Below are positions 45,618 to 54,493 of a stretch of DNA of 64,000 nucleotides, piece after piece. Both the position numbers and the translations under genes were made by a program. The notes under the pieces are model-generated. The model was not told where the DNA came from. It saw only the letters and a list, made by a program, of their open reading frames with translations, and made no database searches. Within the stretch, counting starts at the first letter, position 1; every line of letters starts with the position of its first letter. The stretch is from Clostridia bacterium (GTDB lineage Bacteria > Bacillota > Clostridia > UMGS1840). The DNA is taken from contig JAZQKB010000037.1 of NCBI GenBank assembly GCA_045541975.1, forward strand, positions 142,326-206,325, written 5' to 3'.

Positions 45618-46289
45618 GTGGAAATTTTGGAACGTGAAAAAATTGTTAGTGAAGTTGTAAAACAAGTATTAGCAATGTATAAACAAAAAGAAAGTGCACC
45701 TGTAACGCAGGTGGATGATTCTGAGATTAAGGTTGGAGTATCTCAGCGTCATATTCATTTATCCCAGGAAGACTTGGAAAAGCTCTTTGGCAAAGGTTAT
45801 GAATTAACGATGTTAAAGCCTTTAATGGGGAAAGAATATGCTGCCAAAGAGGTTGTAACTTTAGTTGGAAAATCCCTAAAATCGATCGAAAATGTTCGTG
45901 TTTTGGGACCTGTTAGAAAAAATACCCAGGTTGAAATTTCAAGAACAGACACCTTTGTATTAAAAGTAAGTCCTCCGGTTCGTCCTTCCGGCGAAATCAA
46001 AGGATCTGAACGTCTGGTTGTGGTAGGGCCGAAGGGAGCCATCTACTTAGATGAAGGCGTTATTATTGCAAACCGTCATATTCATATGACTCCGGAAACC
46101 GCACGAAAATTCGGTGTAACCGATAATTCTTTGGTAGACGTGGAAATTGACGGCGTAAAACCCACCAAATTTTTTGATGTGCAGGTTCGTGTGCGTGACG
46201 ATTTCAACACCGAAATGCATATTGATACTGACGACGCAAACTCCGCAGGATTAAAGAACGGAGATAACGTAAGAATCATCTCCAGATAA
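45618..46289 (+). CDS. pduL: Phosphate propanoyltransferase
   Basis: It has two PduL repeats with GVSQRHIHLS and IANRHIHM motifs. GTG 45618 follows GAAAGG. The N-terminal helix is EKIVSEVVKQVLAMY. Confidence 0.9.
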   Translation: MEILEREKIVSEVVKQVLAMYKQKESAPVTQVDDSEIKVGVSQRHIHLSQEDLEKLFGKGYELTMLKPLMGKEYAAKEVVTLVGKSLKSIENVRVLGPVRKNTQVEISRTDTFVLKVSPPVRPSGEIKGSERLVVVGPKGAIYLDEGVIIANRHIHMTPETARKFGVTDNSLVDVEIDGVKPTKFFDVQVRVRDDFNTEMHIDTDDANSAGLKNGDNVRIISR

Positions 46290-46319
46290 CATAAACTATA
46301 GAAAAGGGAATGTATTATT

Positions 46320-46577
46320 ATGGTAGTAGGAAAAGTTACTGGTTCTATTTTCTCCACCCGCAAGTTAGACAGCCTCACCGGTTCTAAACTGATGGTGGTA
46401 AACATCGGCAAAGGAAAGGACGATTTCGTGGTTGCCATTGATACCTTAGGTGCAGGCATCGGCGAAGTGGTTCTTGTAACCATGGGTGACAGTGCAAGAT
46501 TTGCTTGTCAGAATGAAAAAACTCCCGTTGATGCAGTAATCGTGGGCATTGTGGATGAATCTAACTATAATCAGTAA
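46320..46577 (+). CDS. pduN: BMC-P pentameric vertex protein (EutN/PduN)
   Basis: MVVGKVTGSIFSTRKLDSLTGSKLMVV...DTLGAGIGEVVLV is EutN/CcmL family. It is 85 aa. Confidence 0.92.
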   Translation: MVVGKVTGSIFSTRKLDSLTGSKLMVVNIGKGKDDFVVAIDTLGAGIGEVVLVTMGDSARFACQNEKTPVDAVIVGIVDESNYNQ

Positions 46578-46627
46578 TTCGTTTTTTAAAAGCGAGTATA
46601 GTTGCTTTATAAAAGGAATTGAATTTG

Positions 46628-47944
46628 ATGATGCAAACCTTAAAAGAATTGATACAAAAAGCCGGTGTGGTCGGTGCCGGCGGAGCGGGTTTTCCCACTC
46701 ATGTAAAATTAGCTGATAACATTGAAACTATTTTAATTAATGGGACCGAGTGTGAGCCTCTTTTAAAAACTGACTTTTATTTGCTGTGTGAAAAACGAGA
46801 CCGTTTAGAATCTGCTTTAGAAGCTTTGGTGGAACAAACCGGTGCTAAAAACGGTGTCATCGGTATTAAAAAACATACAGCAGAATTACTTGGAATGACC
46901 GAAGAAACTACCCGTGGTAAGATTTCTTACCGGTTTACCGGCGATGTTTATCCGTCCGGTGACGAAGTGGTTTTAATTCAGGAAACCTTAGGGAAAACTG
47001 TTCCCGGTGGACGACTTCCCATTTCAGTTGGCGTTGTGGTGATGAATGTGGAAACACTTTATAACGTTGCTAACGCTTTAGAGGAAACTCCTGTAACTCA
47101 TAAATTTGTAACAATTGCCGGAAAAACGCCAAAAACTTATGTGTTGAACGTTCCGGTGGGAACACCTGTTTCCCATATTTTTGACAGCCTGAACATTGAA
47201 GTTCCCCAAAATTGCTCTGTGTTAGACGGCGGTCCGATGATGGGAAGTATGATTAATCCGAAAACCGCAGTTGTTACCAAGACAACTAAAAGTCTTTTGG
47301 TCATTGAAGATCATACCCTTTGTATCCGTTTAAAAACCAGAAGTTTGGCAGATGCATTGCACCGTTCCTCCGGGAATTGTTGCGGATGCAGAATGTGTAC
47401 GGATATGTGTCCCCGTTATTTGATGGGGTATCCCATTGAACCTCATAAAATTGTGCAGAGATTATCTGCTAAAGCTTCCGACACCAAAACCTTCATGGGT
47501 GCATTTTATTGCTCAAATTGCGGTGTTTGTCAGACCATTGCCTGTCCGCAAAATATCAGTCCCAACCGCTTATTTGCCCGTGTGAAAGCGGAGCTTTTAA
47601 AGAATGGTGTGAAAGCCGGTATGATGGAAGAATCGACTCCCATTGCAGAACGGGTTTATCGCAGAGTTCCCAGCAAACGGTTAGTAAATCGGTTAGGCGT
47701 TTTGAAATATTATCGGGATGAATATGAGTTTACACAAATTCCAGAACCAAAACAAGTAACGCTTCCCTTAAAACAGCATATCGGTGCTCCCGGGGAAGTA
47801 ATTGTGAAAGTTGGTGATTCGGTGACGGTTGGTCAGCTCATCATTCAGCCGAAAGAAAATGCACTTGGTGCCAATATTCACAGCTCTGTGAACGGTACGG
47901 TGTCTTCAGTCAGCGAATCCTGTGTTGTGATTACCGTTGGTTAA
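46628..47944 (+). CDS. pduS: PduS-like cobalamin reductase (RnfC/NuoF-like flavo Fe-S protein)
   Basis: It has GVVGAGGAGFPTHVK and two 4Fe-4S motifs, CCGCRMCTDMCP and CSNCGVCQTIACP. The start is ambiguous (46619, 46625 or 46628). Confidence 0.88.
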   Translation: MMQTLKELIQKAGVVGAGGAGFPTHVKLADNIETILINGTECEPLLKTDFYLLCEKRDRLESALEALVEQTGAKNGVIGIKKHTAELLGMTEETTRGKISYRFTGDVYPSGDEVVLIQETLGKTVPGGRLPISVGVVVMNVETLYNVANALEETPVTHKFVTIAGKTPKTYVLNVPVGTPVSHIFDSLNIEVPQNCSVLDGGPMMGSMINPKTAVVTKTTKSLLVIEDHTLCIRLKTRSLADALHRSSGNCCGCRMCTDMCPRYLMGYPIEPHKIVQRLSAKASDTKTFMGAFYCSNCGVCQTIACPQNISPNRLFARVKAELLKNGVKAGMMEESTPIAERVYRRVPSKRLVNRLGVLKYYRDEYEFTQIPEPKQVTLPLKQHIGAPGEVIVKVGDSVTVGQLIIQPKENALGANIHSSVNGTVSSVSESCVVITVG

Positions 47945-47971
47945 CGGTTTTAAAAGTAAGGCGGTATAAAA

Positions 47972-48520
47972 ATGATGGTATCCATTGGAATTATTGAAGT
48001 GAGTAACATTGCAAAAGGTTATTTCATTTGTGACAATATTTTAAAAAAATCACAGGTTTCCATGGTGATGGCGCAGCCCATCTGCCCCGGAAAATTTGTG
48101 ATGATTTTTGGTGGAAGCATGTCATCAGTTCATATTGCCTGCGAATATGCCCAAACCAATTTTGCCGATAAAATTTTAGATATTTCTGAGTTTGGCAATA
48201 TTGATGTCCGGGTATTTGATGCCTTAAACGGTGCCGCAAGCGGTGAAACCAGCGGTGCGCTTGGCATTATTGAAACCTTTTCCGTTGCATCTTGCATTTT
48301 GTCTGCGGATGCTGCCTTAAAAGCTGCAGCTGTGGAAATCTGTGAGCTTCGTGTGGCACGAGGCATGGGTGGTAAATCCTATGTGGCATTATCCGGCACT
48401 GTTGCGGCAGTTACCGCAGGGGTAGAAGCCGGTGCTCAGTTTGCTATTGAAAACGGTATCTTAAACGATACTGCTATTATTCCGTCTCCCCACGAGGATT
48501 TGTGGCAATATTTACAATAA
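47972..48520 (+). CDS. pduT: BMC-T tandem-domain shell protein, PduT-like
   Basis: It has two fused BMC domains in 182 aa. Cys38 in PICPGK sits at the position of the PduT pore 4Fe-4S ligand. Confidence 0.85.
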   Translation: MMVSIGIIEVSNIAKGYFICDNILKKSQVSMVMAQPICPGKFVMIFGGSMSSVHIACEYAQTNFADKILDISEFGNIDVRVFDALNGAASGETSGALGIIETFSVASCILSADAALKAAAVEICELRVARGMGGKSYVALSGTVAAVTAGVEAGAQFAIENGILNDTAIIPSPHEDLWQYLQ

Positions 48521-48533
48521 GTGATAAAAATAT

Positions 48534-48575
48534 TAGGCTTTAAAATGATGATTCCACTTTAAAGCCTATTTCATT
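48534..48575 (+). terminator. Terminator closing the BMC operon
   Basis: The stem TAGGCTTTAAA / TTTAAAGCCTA has a 13-nt loop and is followed by TTTCATT. The T-tract is weak. Confidence 0.6.
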
Positions 48576-48612
48576 ATTAGGAAAAACGACAAAAAGATAC
48601 GGAGGTGTTCTT

Positions 48613-49371
48613 TTGTTTGCATTAGAACGAAGAAAACGCATCTTAGAGCTTTTAAATCAGAATGGAAGTGTTCTGGTAAACGATTTAAGCCGTGATTTAG
48701 AAGTTACGGTAGAAACTATCCGTCGAGACTTAGAAAAGCTGGAGCAAAATGAACAGCTTACCCGTACTCACGGTGGCGCCGTTCCTTTTGAAGAATCTAA
48801 TATGGATTTATCCTTGGAAAAACGGCGCGGTTTAAATATTGAAGGGAAAATCGCTATTGCTAAAAAAGCGGTTAATCATATTCGTCCCGGTGATACCATC
48901 TTTTTAGACGGTTCTACCACTTCCTATTACTTATCCAAGCAGTTAAAAGATATGAAAAATATCACCATTATCACCAACAATTTGCAGATTTTGGAGGAGT
49001 TGTCCAATTGCGATAAATTGAAGGTGATTTCTACTGGTGGTGTTTTGGATGTGAACAACCAGTCTTTTGTTGGTGAAGTTGCCGTGGATAATATCAACAA
49101 AAATTTCTGTGCCAACAAAATGTTTTTCAGTAGCAAAGGGATGACAATGGAGCAGGGCGTTTTAGAATCCAACGACGTGGAGTTTCAGATTAAACGTGCC
49201 ATGCTAAACAATGCAATGACAAAATTTTTACTGTTGGATAAATCTAAACTGGAAAAAGTTGGCTTTATTAAACTCAGTAATTTTGCAGAAATTGATATGC
49301 TCTTTACCGATGAAGAATTATCCGATGAATGGAAAAAAGTATTGAAAAAGAACAAAGTGACTGTAGAATAA
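48613..49371 (+). CDS. DeoR family transcriptional regulator
   Basis: It has an N-terminal HTH (ERRKRILELLNQNGSVLVNDLSRDLEVTVETIRRDLEKLE) and a DeoR C-terminal sugar-phosphate sensor domain. TTG 48613 follows GGAGGTG. Confidence 0.9.
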   Translation: MFALERRKRILELLNQNGSVLVNDLSRDLEVTVETIRRDLEKLEQNEQLTRTHGGAVPFEESNMDLSLEKRRGLNIEGKIAIAKKAVNHIRPGDTIFLDGSTTSYYLSKQLKDMKNITIITNNLQILEELSNCDKLKVISTGGVLDVNNQSFVGEVAVDNINKNFCANKMFFSSKGMTMEQGVLESNDVEFQIKRAMLNNAMTKFLLLDKSKLEKVGFIKLSNFAEIDMLFTDEELSDEWKKVLKKNKVTVE

Positions 49372-49390
49372 ATCTAAGGAGGAAAAAACT

Positions 49391-50860
49391 ATGAGCAAAA
49401 ACGTATTAGCATTTGATTTTGGGGCTTCCAGCGGAAGAGCTATTATCGGTAATTATGATAACAATAAAATCACCTTAAAAGAAGTGCATCGTTTTCCAAA
49501 TGATCCCGTATTTGTTGGTGGAACTTTGTATTGGGACGTACTTCGTTTATTATTTGAAATCAAACAGGGTATCTTAGCTGCACATCATAATGGCGGTTTT
49601 GACAGTATCGGTATTGATACTTGGGGTGTAGACTTTGGTCTTTTAGATAAAGATGGCAGACTTTTGGAAAATCCTGTTCACTACCGTGATACCAGAACGG
49701 ATAACATTATGGAAGAAGTGTTCCAGATTGTTCCCAAAGAAGAAATCTATCAGAAAACCGGCACACAGTTTATGTCCTTTAATACCTTGTTCCAGCTTTA
49801 TTACCTGGCAAAATACCGTAAGGATTTGTTAGACCGTGCAGACTGTTTCTTACTGTTTCCTGATTTATTGGCATATTTCTTAACTGGTGAAAAAACCGTG
49901 GAATATACCCATGCTTCCACTACCCAGTTAGTCAATGCCGAAACCAGAGAATGGGATTTTGATCTGATTGATAAATTAGGTATCCCCAGACGGTTATTTC
50001 CGAAAATTGTAAAACCGGGTACCAAAAAAGGCATGCTTTCCAAAGAAATTTGCGATGAATTAGGTGTTCCTTCCGTTCCCGTTTGTGCAGTTGGTTCTCA
50101 TGATACTGCTTCTGCAGTTATGGCTGTTCCTTCTGAAAAAGAAGACTTTATCTATATCAGCTGCGGAACCTGGTCTTTATTCGGTACTGAAGCCAAAGAA
50201 CCTTATATCAACGAAAAATCTCAAAAATATAACCTGACCAATGAAGGCGGTTACGATAACACCATCCGTTTCTTAAAAAATATTATGGGTCTGTGGCTCA
50301 TTCAGGAATCCAGACGCCAGTGGATCCGTGAAGGCTTTGCCGTAACTTACGGAGACTTGGAAAAAGAAGCATTAGCTGAAGATGCTTTCAAATGTTTTAT
50401 TGATTCTGATTATCCCAAATTTGGGAAACCCGGTAATCTTCCCCAGTATATTAAAGATTACTGCAAAGACACTAACCAGTTTGTTCCTGAGAGACGTGGG
50501 GAAGTAATGCGTTGTATTTATGAAAGCTTAGCTTTAAAATATCGCTACGCTTTTGAAAATATTCAGGATGTTACCGGCAAAAAATACGAAGTGATTCATA
50601 TTGTTGGCGGCGGAACTAAGGATAATCTGTTGTGTCAGATGACTGCAAACTCTTGTGGGGTTGATGTTGTGGCAGGCCCCATCGAAGCAACTGCTTTGGG
50701 TAATGTTGCTGCTCAGCTAATTGCAGGCGGCGATATCAAAGACTTAAAAGAAGCCCGTCAGATTATTAAAAATTCTGAAACTACCACCACCTACAAACCG
50801 CAGGATGTGGATGCGTGGGACAAAGCATATTCTAAATTTTTAAAACTGGATATTCAGTAA
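49391..50860 (+). CDS. rhaB: Rhamnulokinase
   Basis: It is FGGY family. The N-terminus LAFDFGASSGRAIIG...VHRFPNDPV...GTLYWDV is typical of RhaB. Confidence 0.85.
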   Translation: MSKNVLAFDFGASSGRAIIGNYDNNKITLKEVHRFPNDPVFVGGTLYWDVLRLLFEIKQGILAAHHNGGFDSIGIDTWGVDFGLLDKDGRLLENPVHYRDTRTDNIMEEVFQIVPKEEIYQKTGTQFMSFNTLFQLYYLAKYRKDLLDRADCFLLFPDLLAYFLTGEKTVEYTHASTTQLVNAETREWDFDLIDKLGIPRRLFPKIVKPGTKKGMLSKEICDELGVPSVPVCAVGSHDTASAVMAVPSEKEDFIYISCGTWSLFGTEAKEPYINEKSQKYNLTNEGGYDNTIRFLKNIMGLWLIQESRRQWIREGFAVTYGDLEKEALAEDAFKCFIDSDYPKFGKPGNLPQYIKDYCKDTNQFVPERRGEVMRCIYESLALKYRYAFENIQDVTGKKYEVIHIVGGGTKDNLLCQMTANSCGVDVVAGPIEATALGNVAAQLIAGGDIKDLKEARQIIKNSETTTTYKPQDVDAWDKAYSKFLKLDIQ

Positions 50861-50877
50861 TCGTTTTTCAAAATAAA

Positions 50878-50909
50878 ATACCCTCCGTTTTTTACGGAGG
50901 GTATTTTTA
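50878..50909. terminator. Bidirectional terminator
   Basis: The stem ATACCCTCCG / CGGAGGGTAT is followed by a T-run and lies between convergent rhaB and the NifS-like gene. Confidence 0.8.
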
Positions 50910-52040
50910 TGATTTCTTTGAAATGTGGTACACTGCATCAATGAGTTTATTGATTTCTTTTTTTGTGGTGCGGTATCCCGGACTGATTCGTACAGTGCCT
51001 TGGGTATTGGTGCCAAGTTCCCGATGCATCAAGGGCGCACAGTGAAATCCGCCTCTGGTACTGATTTGAAATTCTTTTGAAAGGATGGTTGATACTTCTT
51101 CGGAAAATAAGTTTTTCACATTAAATGACAGAATCCCTACATAATTTTGGAAGTTTCCGTCGTGATACAGTGTCACACCGTTCATTTGCTGTAGCTTTTC
51201 AAACGCTATTTTACAAAGCTCCAACTTATGCTCCAATAAAGCCGATGGTGTTTGCTTTAAAATAAATTTTACTCCTTCACCGAGTCCTAAAATACCCGGT
51301 GCGTTCAAAGTTCCTACCTCAAATTGGTCAGGTAAAAAATCAGGCTGATGAAACTCGTTGGATAAGCTTCCCGTTCCGCCCTCTAAAACAGAAGAAAGAA
51401 TAAGATCCGGTGAAACAAATAACACGCCGGTTCCTTGCGGTCCTAATAGTGATTTATGACCACTGAATACAGCCATAGTGTGATTCATATCACGAAGATT
51501 GATGTCAATATTGCCTGCAGCCTGAGAAAAATCAAACAACACCGTCCAACCAAGAGAATTTGCCTTCTTATAAATTTTTCGGTAGGGGAGTAATCTCCCT
51601 GTTACATTGGATGCTACATTCACAATCAGTAATTTGCAAAACGGAATGTCACAACGCTTCAGTTTTGTAAAATCCGGTGTAAAATCTTGATTGGATGGAA
51701 GAAGTGTTACCGCATAGTTTCCATTGGAAAATAGCTGACGTAGTACAGAATTGTGTTCAGTTACCGTTGTGACTACAGTTCCGCCTTCCGGCAGAAATCC
51801 TTTGATTGCAAAATTTAAACCGTGACTGGAATTTATTGTATAAATGATGTTTTCATAATCGGTTCTACCAATTAATGTTCCAATGTTTTCACGGATAGAT
51901 AAAATTTTATCTGCATAATAAAATGCTTCTTTGGATGAGTTTCTTCCGATATTGACAGGATTGGAAAGTGCATCCCATACTGCTTTTTTTACACAAAACG
52001 GCTTTGGATTACTGGTAGCGGCATTATCCAGGTAAATCAT
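50907..52040 (-). CDS. Class V aminotransferase / cysteine desulfurase family protein
   Basis: It starts IYLDNAATS, has the [16 protein letters not shown]-lysine motif, and has a conserved Cys in the RGGFHCAPL motif near the C-terminus. Confidence 0.85.
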   Translation of the reverse strand: MIYLDNAATSNPKPFCVKKAVWDALSNPVNIGRNSSKEAFYYADKILSIRENIGTLIGRTDYENIIYTINSSHGLNFAIKGFLPEGGTVVTTVTEHNSVLRQLFSNGNYAVTLLPSNQDFTPDFTKLKRCDIPFCKLLIVNVASNVTGRLLPYRKIYKKANSLGWTVLFDFSQAAGNIDINLRDMNHTMAVFSGHKSLLGPQGTGVLFVSPDLILSSVLEGGTGSLSNEFHQPDFLPDQFEVGTLNAPGILGLGEGVKFILKQTPSALLEHKLELCKIAFEKLQQMNGVTLYHDGNFQNYVGILSFNVKNLFSEEVSTILSKEFQISTRGGFHCAPLMHRELGTNTQGTVRISPGYRTTKKEINKLIDAVYHISKKS

Positions 52041-52290
52041 CGGATAACTCCTTATACCGTCCGTCAGGCGTCATTTGGTAGATTCCTAAGAATCCTTTCT
52101 TTTGTGTTTTTAAAATACGAAACATTTCATTCTTGTGTTCTTCTGAAAAAACAAGTGCATATGAACACCCGCCGGCAATTGCCTTTGGCGTTTTCATTAT
52201 TTCAGGACGGTTATATGACCAGAATCGGTTACGAACCTGCCCTGCATAAGATAACGAATGGAATACTGCAATATATTGAGAAGAGTTCAT
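52024..52290 (-). CDS. DUF3343-like small protein (putative sulfur/selenium carrier)
   Basis: ATG 52290 follows GAAGGAA. It is 88 aa and has [11 protein letters not shown]...[16 protein letters not shown], resembling DUF3343. The track ORF extends further upstream, which seems implausible. Confidence 0.55.
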   Translation of the reverse strand: MNSSQYIAVFHSLSYAGQVRNRFWSYNRPEIMKTPKAIAGGCSYALVFSEEHKNEMFRILKTQKKGFLGIYQMTPDGRYKELSDDLPG

Positions 52291-52381
52291 GTTGATTCCT
52301 TCTTTACATTCAATATAAAAAATCCCCCTAACCATTCTATGTTTTTTCATAAAATGAGTGAGAGAGATTTGTCTTTTTGTG

Positions 52382-53122
52382 TTATTCAGACTTTCTTCGC
52401 GGGGTTCGTTCATCCGTAAAACCGGATAATTTTGCCCGGCATAAACCACCGAACACTTTTTCTTTTAAGTCGGGATATGCTTTCCTTAATGAATAAATTA
52501 AATCCTTGATTTCCTGACGCTTGCTTTCCCCGTCGTTGGGGCAGGGATTTTTAAACACGGGAAGTTGTAAGCGTTCCGCAGTGGATTTGATTTCTGCTTC
52601 CGGTGCAAAAATCAGCGGTCGAATTTGAGTAATATCTCTTCGGCTTAAGTAGGTGACAGGCGAAAAACAGCCGATATTTCCTTCGTAAAACAGTTTCATG
52701 AAGAAGGTTTCTACCACATCGTCATAGTGATGTCCTAGCGCAACTTTATTGCAGCCTAATTGCTTTGCATAATCCATCAGAGCTCCTTTTCGGAGCTTGG
52801 CGCACAAAGAACAAGGATTTTCTTCTTTTCGGATATCAAACACAATTTCTTTGATTTGCGTTTTCATCACATGGTAGGGGATTTCGTTTTCTTCTGCCAG
52901 TCGTTTGATTTGTGCAGTTTCTAATGGGGTATCAAATCCTAAATCTATGGTAATGCCGACAAGCTGGAAGGGGATCGGATAAAACCGTTTCAACATAATC
53001 ATGGCCTGAAATAAAACGATGGAGTCTTTTCCACCGGAAATTCCAACCGCAATGACATCGTTTTCCGAAATCATATGATAGTCATCAATCGCCCGTCGTA
53101 AGTAGCTGAGCATCTTTCTCAT
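52382..53122 (-). CDS. TtcA-like PP-loop ATPase (tRNA thiolation family)
   Basis: It has the SGGKDS PP-loop and CSLCAKLRKG and GHHYDD motifs. ATG 53122 (MRKMLSYLRRAI) follows GAAAGGA and is preferred over 53158. Confidence 0.85.
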   Translation of the reverse strand: MRKMLSYLRRAIDDYHMISENDVIAVGISGGKDSIVLFQAMIMLKRFYPIPFQLVGITIDLGFDTPLETAQIKRLAEENEIPYHVMKTQIKEIVFDIRKEENPCSLCAKLRKGALMDYAKQLGCNKVALGHHYDDVVETFFMKLFYEGNIGCFSPVTYLSRRDITQIRPLIFAPEAEIKSTAERLQLPVFKNPCPNDGESKRQEIKDLIYSLRKAYPDLKEKVFGGLCRAKLSGFTDERTPRRKSE

Positions 53123-54074
53123 AAGGTGCAATCCTTTCTGTGTCATCTTTTGGCTCATATAGTTTGTAGCCGGAAAAACTGTCGTAGGAAATGGTCATTT
53201 TATAGCCTTGTTCCGGAAGGTAATAGTTTTTCACTTCGCATCCGGCATGTTTTGCCAATAGTTTCTTTTCATCTAATGAAAAGTCAGTAAGCTCTGCAGA
53301 AAATTCTGTATCGCAGTTTGGTAACAAAACCGTGAAGTCTGCTGTTGCTTTATCGTTTTCCTGAGTTAAATGAACGATGATTTTTGTGTTGGCAATCTTC
53401 TGAAAAGGGACGAAAAATGAATCCAGAAGATCAATCAGTTTTTCACGGCTTCCTAACACAAATGCAGATTTAAACTCATGGTAGGTAATCCAGATATTAT
53501 CGGGATAGGAAGTTTCCAATTGATCCAGATAATTTTTTACCGTTAGGGAAAATTGAAATGCTTCCTGATGATACTTTTCGATGGGATTTGCTTTTACAAT
53601 TTTTTCTACACAGTCGTCCATTTTTTGATAAAGGTTGGAAAGAGCTTCTTTTAAATGCCTGATTTGTTGCAGATTTCTGGTAGTTTTCAGTTCATCTATT
53701 ATTTGATAAATCTTGTGGTTTTCTTCTAATAGCATGGTTTCCAGCACAGATTTTTTCCGAACAGGAACATCGGCTGAATTGGTGTGATCCATAGTTTCAT
53801 TGACATAAACCAAAACAGTTTCTGTTTTCTGAAATTTTGTTCGTACCACACTTGCCCGAAATAACGAACCGGTATTTTTGGCACATAAATTCAAGAAAGA
53901 TTTGTGGTTTGGTTCCAGTTTTGCAATCTGATTGATGGAAAGTGGTAAAAGTATTTCGTCCATCCGTTTTCCGGGCAGGGAAGATAAGGGAGTATCAAAT
54001 AAACAATGAGAGGGACTTTGTGCATGAACCAGCGTTCCGTTACTAAAAACCAAAAGCGTGTAATTTTTCCTCAT
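53085..54074 (-). CDS. Hypothetical protein (329 aa), no recognised family
   Basis: This long ORF is translationally coupled to mrnC (4-nt overlap at 54071-54074). It has a central helical segment and a possible degenerate sensor/kinase-like layout, with no catalytic motifs. Confidence 0.5.
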   Translation of the reverse strand: MRKNYTLLVFSNGTLVHAQSPSHCLFDTPLSSLPGKRMDEILLPLSINQIAKLEPNHKSFLNLCAKNTGSLFRASVVRTKFQKTETVLVYVNETMDHTNSADVPVRKKSVLETMLLEENHKIYQIIDELKTTRNLQQIRHLKEALSNLYQKMDDCVEKIVKANPIEKYHQEAFQFSLTVKNYLDQLETSYPDNIWITYHEFKSAFVLGSREKLIDLLDSFFVPFQKIANTKIIVHLTQENDKATADFTVLLPNCDTEFSAELTDFSLDEKKLLAKHAGCEVKNYYLPEQGYKMTISYDSFSGYKLYEPKDDTERIAPYEKDAQLLTTGD

Positions 54075-54469
54075 AGGGATTCTCCCATCAATTTTTTTGC
54101 AATGTGATATGCTTGCTCCATCAATTCGGAAAGACGTTGCTGGTTTCCTGAAAGATACAAATAACCAAGCAAAGCTTCAAAGCCGGTGGCATTGTGATAT
54201 TCTTTAAAATCAGCGTTTTTTGCTTTCGTATTAACTTTGGTATTCCGGCCCCGTTTAAAGATGTCGGTTTCATCAGGTGTCAGAGTTTCCAGTAATTGTT
54301 CCACAATCTGACATTGAGCTTTGGCACTGACAAAGTTTTTGGCTTCTTTATGTAAACGATTTACCTTTTTGTCACCGTTTTCAGTTAGTTTCGTGCGGAT
54401 AAACACCTCATAAACTGCGTCACCCACATAGGCGAGCGTTAAGGAGGAATAAGACTGATAAGGATTCAT
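54071..54469 (-). CDS. mrnC: Mini-ribonuclease 3
   Basis: It is 132 aa and has LAYVGDAVYE...NATGFEALLGYLYL, the single RNase III domain pattern of Mini-III. Confidence 0.9.
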   Translation of the reverse strand: MNPYQSYSSLTLAYVGDAVYEVFIRTKLTENGDKKVNRLHKEAKNFVSAKAQCQIVEQLLETLTPDETDIFKRGRNTKVNTKAKNADFKEYHNATGFEALLGYLYLSGNQQRLSELMEQAYHIAKKLMGESL

Positions 54470-54493
54470 AAATGTGTTCCTTTCCGTTTTGGG

